Of a DNA stretch of 32,974 nucleotides, positions 1 through 6,325 are shown in pieces. The position numbers and the translations under genes are program-made. Source of the DNA: a bacterium (lineage in GTDB: Bacteria > Bacteroidota > Ignavibacteria > Kapaibacteriales > UBA2268); assembly GCA_030426865.1 (NCBI GenBank), contig JAUHXN010000001.1:1-32974 (forward strand), written 5' to 3'. The stretch's first letter is position 1. Every line of letters starts with the position of its first letter. Under the pieces are notes generated by a model. It was not told the origin of the DNA, made no database searches, and was given only the letters and a program-made list of their open reading frames with translations.

Positions 1-17
1 TGAAATAATTGCCTTAG

Positions 18-37
18 CCCCCCTTGTCAAAGGGGGG
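18..37. other. GC-rich perfect hairpin (cccccctt-gtca-aagggggg) followed by ttgggggga. Possible extragenic repeat unit or terminator.
   Basis: An 8-bp perfect stem with a 4-nt loop, read directly. It stands out from the AT-rich context. The window edge truncates the surrounding sequence. Confidence 0.35.
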
Positions 38-142
38 TTGGGGGGATTGGACAAAACAATTTGGTTTCGAGTCCTTTCAACCGAGTGAGAATACAATGCC
101 TGAGCGGAGTTGAAGGTAAGGGGGCTACATGGTGTCGATAGA

Positions 143-715
143 TTATTGTTTTATTCTATAAATAGGAATTGGAATTCTATAAAGATCTAAGCCGATTAAT
201 TCTTCTATTTTTTTAAGTTCTATATTATTTACTTTTTGTGTTCTGTGGCATATATCTGTCCAAAACCTAGGGTACGGGTCAGAGTCAAATGAGAGTCTTT
301 CATTACCATATTTATAAACCTCTTTTCGTCCATAAATAATATAAGTTTCACCTATCTCGAAACGAAAACCACAATCACCACTATGTCCTCTAGATGTATA
401 TATAATTAGTGTGTCAGTAGTTAAGTTTCTTTTGAAATCTGTAATAACTTCTATCTTTACCCTTTTTAAAAAATATCCATTAAAATAATTTTTTTCTATT
501 GAATCTATAGACAAATTTTCTTTTTCTATCTTTTCAATTGTATAAGAATAAGGTCCCCATATTTCATTTATTGATAGTACATTAGATTGTATTACAATAT
601 CAGAATAATTGTAATCATCTTCAATATTACTATCCCCTATGCAAGAGCATGCATTGACAACTATATAAGAAGTTATTAAAATTATTAATATCAGTGTTAA
701 GAATAAATATCTCAT
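143..715 (-). CDS. Small secreted protein with a TIMP/NTR-like pattern (mature N-terminus CSC)
   Basis: The N-terminal hydrophobic signal ends in VNA, followed by CSC. Only four Cys are present (23, 25, 115, 156). Motif order is CSC...SDIVIQ...LIIYTSRGHSGDCG...ETYIIYG...TDIC, which parallels the TIMP N-domain. The start ATG abuts the stop of the upstream gene (TAGATG). Confidence 0.75.
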   Translation of the reverse strand: MRYLFLTLILIILITSYIVVNACSCIGDSNIEDDYNYSDIVIQSNVLSINEIWGPYSYTIEKIEKENLSIDSIEKNYFNGYFLKRVKIEVITDFKRNLTTDTLIIYTSRGHSGDCGFRFEIGETYIIYGRKEVYKYGNERLSFDSDPYPRFWTDICHRTQKVNNIELKKIEELIGLDLYRIPIPIYRIKQ

Positions 716-1753
716 CTACACCATCCTTCCATAATCAACGACCTCGTCTATCGCTATACCTTTCTCGATACTATCTATTAGCATATCCGAATAGAAAGGT
801 GCATACATAACGCCCTTAGTACCTAGACCATTCATTATATAGGCGTTTACTTGTACAGATGATTTGCCGATTATTGGTCGGCGGTCAAACGATGAAGGTC
901 GTATACCAGCTTGATGGTCAATTACTTTATAGTCAAGCTCTAGGAAATCACTGAGATTGTAAAGCAACTTCTTCCTAGCTGTTTCAGTTGAGTCTTCGGT
1001 CATATCTTCCCAATCGTAAGTGCTACCAACTATGAACTGCTGATTGCCGAGCGGTATTAGCCCAGCACTTTTTGCGAACGCAAAGTCTTGCGATAAACCT
1101 GGAATTTCTAATATAAGCAATTCACCTTTGGTTGGCTTTAGTCGTAGCTCTGGGAATAGAGGATTATGAACTGCGTGGTAACCCTCGCAGTATATGACTT
1201 TCTCATACTTCTTACCGCTGAACCCAGCATAATCGGGAGTATATTCTATCTCTGAATAATCGATTTTCTTATTAATAAATGAGCCGTTTGACTCGAAATA
1301 CTCGAATGATTTTTCTATATACTCGACCGTGTCTATATAGCCAGTACCAATTACTTTGCCCATACCGAATGGAGCTTTTATACCCTCGATTTTTTCTATC
1401 GGCTCTTCATCTAGAAATTGACTAACTTCGGAAACTATTGCTTTATCTATGAATCTATGTCGTTCTTCTTTCGTACTGAATACCTTGAGTTGTGGGGTAT
1501 TGTGAACGAACTTAGTTCCTAATTTCTGCTCAACTTTTGGATAATAATCTTTCAGTTTTGCCATCAGAATATCTGCATTAAAACTCATAGTCAATCGTTT
1601 GAAGACAATCGGATTCCAAAATCCAGCTGCTACTTTGGTGGAATTGTACTTTGGGCAATTGTCAACTAAGTCGAAAGTTAGGTTGCGGTTTTCGAGTTGG
1701 TGAGCAAGAGTAACACCTGCTATTCCTCCACCGATTATTAAGTAGTTTTTCAT
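716..1753 (-). CDS. FAD-dependent oxidoreductase (DAO/glycine oxidase-like family)
   Basis: N-terminal Rossmann dinucleotide motif YLIIGGGIAGVTLAHQL. Length and the C-terminal GLGTKGV motif are typical of DAO-family flavoproteins. I moved the start to the ATG at 1753 (MKNYLIIGGG) because the 16 upstream codons in the ORF track precede the Rossmann fold. Confidence 0.8.
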   Translation of the reverse strand: MKNYLIIGGGIAGVTLAHQLENRNLTFDLVDNCPKYNSTKVAAGFWNPIVFKRLTMSFNADILMAKLKDYYPKVEQKLGTKFVHNTPQLKVFSTKEERHRFIDKAIVSEVSQFLDEEPIEKIEGIKAPFGMGKVIGTGYIDTVEYIEKSFEYFESNGSFINKKIDYSEIEYTPDYAGFSGKKYEKVIYCEGYHAVHNPLFPELRLKPTKGELLILEIPGLSQDFAFAKSAGLIPLGNQQFIVGSTYDWEDMTEDSTETARKKLLYNLSDFLELDYKVIDHQAGIRPSSFDRRPIIGKSSVQVNAYIMNGLGTKGVMYAPFYSDMLIDSIEKGIAIDEVVDYGRMV

Positions 1754-1806
1754 ATCATAGATAAAGTTTATTTTAGAATTACAATTTACGACAATTATCA
1801 AATACT

Positions 1807-3120
1807 ATGAATCCAGAACACTCAAAACAAGAAGTTTTAATAGCATTAGAAAAATTAATCAAAAGCAGTAATGGGCGGATTGCACCGCAGGATGCTGCTG
1901 CTGCAACGGGCTATTCTACACAAGATGTAGAAGACTCACTAGCACGGCTAATGGAACTCTACAAATGCAAAGTAGAAGTAGATGAGGAAAATGCTAGACC
2001 TATTTTCAACTTCGATATACCATTCAAGAAGCGTGGTGAAAAAACATTCCAAGAAAAGCTAGCAGTAGCTCTCAACTTTTTCTGGGAAGTATTTAAGAAA
2101 ATCTACAAAGTAGCAATAGGTGTTATACTGATACTCTATACGCTCATATTCGTAGTTATAATAATGGTTGCCGCTAGTCAAGGTGGAGACAAAGATAGAC
2201 GGAACAATAATTCAAGTAGAATGATTTCCAATATTTTCTCAGCTATTTTCCATGGGATGCGATTTGCAGCTATTAATAAGCACTATAGCACTGCGGTTGA
2301 TAGAGACAATATGCACTATCGATATTATGAGAAACCCGAACACAAAGGTAAGAAGTTCATACAGTCCGTTTACGACTTCGTTTTTGGTCCCGAAAGACCC
2401 GAATTCGACCCACTAAACGATACGAAAGAAGTAGCAACATACATAAGAGATCATTCCGATAAAATAACTTCTGCAGATATTATAAATCTATCTGGGGTTG
2501 ACTACGACGAAGCAGATAGCCGATTAGCCGAGTATGCATCGAAGTTTCGTGGCAGTATAGATATAACAGAAAACGGTACAGCTGTTGCAGATTTCCGTGA
2601 TTTGAGTGTAATCAGCTCAAAGCTAGAAGGCGGCAAGGTGGAATATTACATAGACGAAGTAGAACCACCTTATGAAATGACTGGCAATACATCTGGTCGT
2701 AATTTTGGGATAGGGTTTATGAATCTATTCAACCTACTAATGTCAATTGCTGTGATACAAGGAGCCGCTCAAATAGAATCTGGACTAGTTACATTCGCAC
2801 TAGGTTGGTTTCCGTTAATCTTCTCAATTCTCTTCTTCCTAATACCAATAGGTAGAGCCCTAACACATAAGAGCAAAGAAGCCCAAAGAAGCAAGAACGT
2901 AGTCCGCAAAATATTAGTCGGACAGATAATAGCTGCCAATGGAGGCCCTCTGACTATGGAACAGGTCATCTCAAGAATTAACTTACAGAATCACTCTATC
3001 AAAGAAGTAGAGGAAGTGCTCAGCAAAGTAGTCCTTGACCTTCGAGGCGAGATAGTAATTGCAGAAAACGGCACTCCTATGTATAATTTCGATAGGTTGA
3101 AAAGAGAGTTGGTGGCGTAG
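1807..3120 (+). CDS. Membrane protein with three copies of a ~50-aa winged-helix-like module; function unknown
   Basis: The 437-aa ORF has hydrophobic segments near residues 100-125 and 300-345. Three internally similar modules each end in G-x-I-x-[IV]-x-E-N-G-x...F-[DR]: residues ~20-70, ~215-265 and ~385-435. Confidence 0.7.
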   Translation: MNPEHSKQEVLIALEKLIKSSNGRIAPQDAAAATGYSTQDVEDSLARLMELYKCKVEVDEENARPIFNFDIPFKKRGEKTFQEKLAVALNFFWEVFKKIYKVAIGVILILYTLIFVVIIMVAASQGGDKDRRNNNSSRMISNIFSAIFHGMRFAAINKHYSTAVDRDNMHYRYYEKPEHKGKKFIQSVYDFVFGPERPEFDPLNDTKEVATYIRDHSDKITSADIINLSGVDYDEADSRLAEYASKFRGSIDITENGTAVADFRDLSVISSKLEGGKVEYYIDEVEPPYEMTGNTSGRNFGIGFMNLFNLLMSIAVIQGAAQIESGLVTFALGWFPLIFSILFFLIPIGRALTHKSKEAQRSKNVVRKILVGQIIAANGGPLTMEQVISRINLQNHSIKEVEEVLSKVVLDLRGEIVIAENGTPMYNFDRLKRELVA

Positions 3121-3124
3121 GGAT
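3041..3124 (+). repeat. Direct repeat copy 1 (true 3' end of the 437-aa gene, its TAG stop and 4 nt beyond)
   Basis: The 84 bp match 5106-5189 with mismatches only at 3048, 3051 and 3061. Positions 3062-3124 are identical to 5127-5189. Confidence 0.95.
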
Positions 3125-3171
3125 TTTTGTTATATTGTGGATTAATAAATAATAAAGTCAACTAAAATATT

Positions 3172-3284
3172 AAACATTCGTATAACGAAATAAGAAATTT
3201 CAATTAACTTATTAAATCCTAAGGCGATAGAAATATCATTTTAATTGATATACGAAAGTAATAATGGTAGGATATACGAATGTT
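3172..3284 (+). promoter_or_regulatory. Repeat-rich leader upstream of island ORF1; possible operator or promoter region
   Basis: A 12-bp inverted repeat aacattcgtata (3173-3184) / tatacgaatgtt (3273-3284). The direct repeat gatatacgaa occurs at 3247-3256 and 3271-3280, with a related tataacgaaa at 3181-3190. Confidence 0.3.
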
Positions 3285-3315
3285 CGTTTATCCAGATAGT
3301 TAGCCACTATATAAA

Positions 3316-4188
3316 ATGACACTGCTCGATAGCATAAAAGACTTGTTCAAGGAGAAGCCAAAAGGACTTCAAGGAGAGCGTTTGAATACAATCCGTCAAA
3401 TTGAAAAGCTCTACAAATTCTTGATTGATGATTTTGGCTATCAGCTTGAACTTACAACACGGACCGACAAATATCCAGGCGGACCAAAATTCTATTTCAT
3501 AAAGTACACCAATAAGGACATTGACCGACAGGTCGAAATTGTGCTACACCGAAATAGCACCGTTGTATATCGACATTTAAAAAAACTAAATGACGGAATA
3601 GAACCAAGCTATAAAGACTACGAAAATTGTATCCCGTTTTATCAGCTTGACTTTTACAATGGAATTGACGACCACAACAGGTCTAATCCTTACAATCCGC
3701 CTGACTATGAATTGGCAATTTTAAAATATGGAAAGGAAACACTTCTAAATAATGTGTCAATCATTAATGGCGAAAAGTGGATTGACTATGAAAAGCTGAA
3801 TGAAATGTATTTATCTCAAAAAGGATATGAAGCACCTGACGGAGAAAATTCGCTTTTCAGCGAGCTTATTGAAAAATTCCAATTCTTAACTACGGAGTTT
3901 GACTTCAGTATAATTCACAATTACAATGACTTGCCACCATTTGAACAGGATTTAGGCGGCAGTTTGGTTTATTCCAATGACAACACAGTAGTTGGATTAT
4001 CAGTCGACTTGAGAGACCAGTATTTGTCGGTTTATATATTAGACAAGAAGGACTACGACCTTGACTCATTTTGGCAGAAAGGAGAAGGTATCTTTAATGG
4101 TTCAACGGGAGACAATGACCTTAAACAAGCAGTGAATCGAACGAAAAATAAAATAAATACAGTGGCTAACAATGGCTATAAAAAATAG
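3316..4188 (+). CDS. Hypothetical protein (island ORF1) with an internal two-module duplication
   Basis: A 290-aa ORF with an ATG start. The N-half (IEKLYKFLIDDFGYQLEL...) and C-half (IEKFQFLTTEFDFSIIH...) share a helix followed by beta-strand-like segments. I recognise no catalytic motif. Confidence 0.65.
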   Translation: MTLLDSIKDLFKEKPKGLQGERLNTIRQIEKLYKFLIDDFGYQLELTTRTDKYPGGPKFYFIKYTNKDIDRQVEIVLHRNSTVVYRHLKKLNDGIEPSYKDYENCIPFYQLDFYNGIDDHNRSNPYNPPDYELAILKYGKETLLNNVSIINGEKWIDYEKLNEMYLSQKGYEAPDGENSLFSELIEKFQFLTTEFDFSIIHNYNDLPPFEQDLGGSLVYSNDNTVVGLSVDLRDQYLSVYILDKKDYDLDSFWQKGEGIFNGSTGDNDLKQAVNRTKNKINTVANNGYKK

Positions 4189-4335
4189 GGCATACAAGAT
4201 TGGATAACTCAGCAATGGGTCATACTTTTTGGTGAAAAAATTGATGAAATTAATCACAGGTGGCTTTTAGGTCCCTTTGGGTGCACAAATGGCATTGGTC
4301 AAAAATTTATCAATCAATTAGTAGAAAAAGAACAT

Positions 4336-5034
4336 TTGGTTATTGATAATCAAAAAATAAACAAGGGATTAATTGAATCAATCGACCAACTAAATCTGTC
4401 TGCAAAAGAATTAAACGCATTATCTCAAGATGTTATTGACTTTTATCTAAATACATCTAATTATGACCTTCGATTAAAAGCAAAATGGAATCCATTTTTT
4501 AAAGTGTTCGGCATTTTGATAACAAAAATTTTCAGTAAAAGAATTGAGCAACTAAATGTTCCTATTCAAAACGTAGAGGATTCATCGGGATTAACGAATG
4601 AAATAATAAAACTACTAGACTCTAAAACAAATGAAGTTAGAAGAACAATATGGCTTCGAGCATTTAAATCAACAGGTCAAGTAGTTTACTCAGGTGTTTA
4701 TGAAACTTGTATTATACCATCAGGCACGACATGTATCAAAGCAATTTTTCCTTTACCAAATGGAAATGCTACAGTCATTCTAAAGCCAAAAATTGGAAAA
4801 AATGGAGAACTGATTTTAATTTCCGAGGGACAAAAAATTGGAGATAGCGGGTTTTACTTTTTGCTAAAAGACTCAAAAGGTCAATTATGGACTAAGTTTA
4901 TAAAATCATTTAAAGACAAGCTAGTCGTTAGAAGTGAAAACGATAGAATTACTGCCACTCAAACTTTAACTTTATGGAATTTAAGAGTTCTACAGTTTGA
5001 ATATGATATACAAAAATTCCGCAATGTAAAATGA
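4336..5034 (+). CDS. Hypothetical protein (island ORF2); the reading frame stays open upstream to 4189
   Basis: The first canonical start is the TTG at 4336. The 49 codons between the TAG at 4186-4188 and 4336 contain no stop and are in the same frame as ORF1. The C-terminal two thirds look beta-rich. Confidence 0.55.
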   Translation: MVIDNQKINKGLIESIDQLNLSAKELNALSQDVIDFYLNTSNYDLRLKAKWNPFFKVFGILITKIFSKRIEQLNVPIQNVEDSSGLTNEIIKLLDSKTNEVRRTIWLRAFKSTGQVVYSGVYETCIIPSGTTCIKAIFPLPNGNATVILKPKIGKNGELILISEGQKIGDSGFYFLLKDSKGQLWTKFIKSFKDKLVVRSENDRITATQTLTLWNLRVLQFEYDIQKFRNVK

Positions 5035-5105
5035 ATAATAAAAAGTCAAACAGCATGATGGTAAGGATCTCTTATTAGTTAAATAAGTTACAAATATTCA
5101 AGCTC

Positions 5106-5189
5106 TTCGAGGTGAAATAGTAATTACAGAAAACGGCACTCCTATGTATAATTTCGATAGGTTGAAAAGAGAGTTGGTGGCGTAGGGAT
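5106..5189 (+). repeat. Direct repeat copy 2 (orphan 27-codon tail plus stop of the 437-aa gene)
   Basis: It translates as LRGEIVITENGTPMYNFDRLKRELVA-stop. Relative to copy 1 it has two synonymous changes and one Ala-to-Thr change. No upstream gene body is attached. Confidence 0.95.
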
Positions 5190-5194
5190 AAAAT

Positions 5195-6115
5195 TTACTT
5201 ACATAGATTCTTTTGATTTTCTGCGGCTTCCTTATGACCAAGAGCCTCAGCTTTTTCTAAGTCTTTACAAACCATATTTAATATTCCAATATTATACCAT
5301 GTAAATGCTCTTTGAAAATATGCATCAGCAAAATCCGGGTATAACTCAATTAATTTATCAAATGTATCTTTTGATTTTCCTAAATCATCTTCTTCTCTAT
5401 ATAATATCCCATTATATAAGTAAGAATATTTATTTTCAGGCCAGATTTCAATACTTTTTTCTAGGTCACTATGACCTTGTTTAGAATTTTTAAATTGAGT
5501 TGCATAAAGTAGACCTCTGTTAAAATATGCATCATAGTAATTACTATCAAGTTTGATTGCTTCATTATAATTAAGTAGAGCTTTATCTTTCTCAGGTGAT
5601 GAGAAAGAAGCATAACAATATCCGAGTTGAAAGTAAGAATATTTGTCATTTGGCTCAAGCTTTAAAGTTAATTCAAAAAACTCAATTGCCTTATTTATAT
5701 CACCAAGTCCGAAATAACATTTTCCAATATTGAAGGAACCGTGTGAATTTTGTAAATCTGTTAATTCAAATGCTTGAATAAAATCATCAAGTGCTTTTCT
5801 ATGTTGACCTAATGATAAGTAACAATGACCCCTTTGGTATAAAGCAGTTGAGTCATCTGGTACTATATCCAAAGTTTTGTTACAATACGAAATAGAACTT
5901 TCTACATCACCTATATAGAAATGTAGTAAACTAAGTTTATTATAAATATGATGATTATTCTCATCTAGTTGAAGTGCTTTGTTATATAAATCAATCGACT
6001 CCTTAAAGTTCTTTTCTTCTCTTGCTTCAGCAGCAGATGATACTAACTCTTCGAAAGTCTGACCTAATGTTGCCGATGTTATAATGAGAAATAATGCTAA
6101 TAGTATTTTTGTCAT
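5195..6115 (-). CDS. Secreted tetratricopeptide (TPR) repeat protein
   Basis: An N-terminal signal peptide is followed by about seven 34-aa repeats with the TPR pattern (A/Y/F at conserved positions, e.g. AIEFFELTLKLEPNDKYSYFQLGYCY). I set the start at the ATG at 6115; the ORF-track start at 6127 is a TTG. Confidence 0.8.
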   Translation of the reverse strand: MTKILLALFLIITSATLGQTFEELVSSAAEAREEKNFKESIDLYNKALQLDENNHHIYNKLSLLHFYIGDVESSISYCNKTLDIVPDDSTALYQRGHCYLSLGQHRKALDDFIQAFELTDLQNSHGSFNIGKCYFGLGDINKAIEFFELTLKLEPNDKYSYFQLGYCYASFSSPEKDKALLNYNEAIKLDSNYYDAYFNRGLLYATQFKNSKQGHSDLEKSIEIWPENKYSYLYNGILYREEDDLGKSKDTFDKLIELYPDFADAYFQRAFTWYNIGILNMVCKDLEKAEALGHKEAAENQKNLCK

Positions 6116-6325
6116 AATAGTTATCAAATTTTTTTTACTTTTTAATTACCAACAAATATAATAAATCTCTTCTAATAACTAGAATCTGGGTATGATAATA
6201 GATAAATTAAAAGCTCACCAGAGTTATTTCCATTATTACAATAAAAACGGTATTTATTCTTATCTTAGTAATCTTAAATGTATAACATTTAGATAAGTTT
6301 ATAAATAATAAATCAAGCGTAAAAA

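Larger units (their letters stand above)
3125..5105 (+). mobile_element. Putative inserted island between the two direct repeats; no recombinase gene present
   Basis: The region is bounded by the 84-bp repeats. Removing one repeat plus this segment restores a convergent arrangement with the 437-aa gene's stop 9 bp from the TPR gene's stop. The content is two unrecognised ORFs and an AT-rich leader. Confidence 0.4.

Noticed and set aside
60-90. tRNA-like T-loop string ggtttcgagtcc
   Set aside because: The flanking bases cannot form a 5-bp T-stem, and no acceptor or anticodon arm can be drawn on either strand.
1754-1801. Longer N-terminal extensions given in the ORF track for the FAD oxidoreductase (to 1801), the Nudix protein (to 31096), the TPR protein (to 6127), rpiB (from 13773) and lipoprotein B (from 26708)
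   Set aside because: Each extension precedes the conserved N-terminal motif or signal peptide. Some start at TTG while an ATG lies a few codons downstream. In the Nudix case the extension would overlap the divergent gene.
2769-2969. 66-aa minus-strand ORF inside the 437-aa gene. The same applies to the antisense or embedded ORFs at 5461-5658, 6778-7014, 7048-7260, 11754-11990, 15176-15430, 17865-18080, 21280-21471, 22723-22941, 23451-23666, 24431-24652 and 26105-26419.
   Set aside because: Each is fully nested in, or opposite to, a much longer ORF with recognisable motifs or repeat structure. Their translations are low-complexity with no motifs, which is typical of shadow ORFs.
3125-5105. 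Island as a prophage, IS element or integron cassette
   Set aside because: It has no integrase, transposase or phage structural genes, no terminal inverted repeats at the boundaries, and no attC-like imperfect palindrome that I could find. Only the direct-repeat signature is supported.
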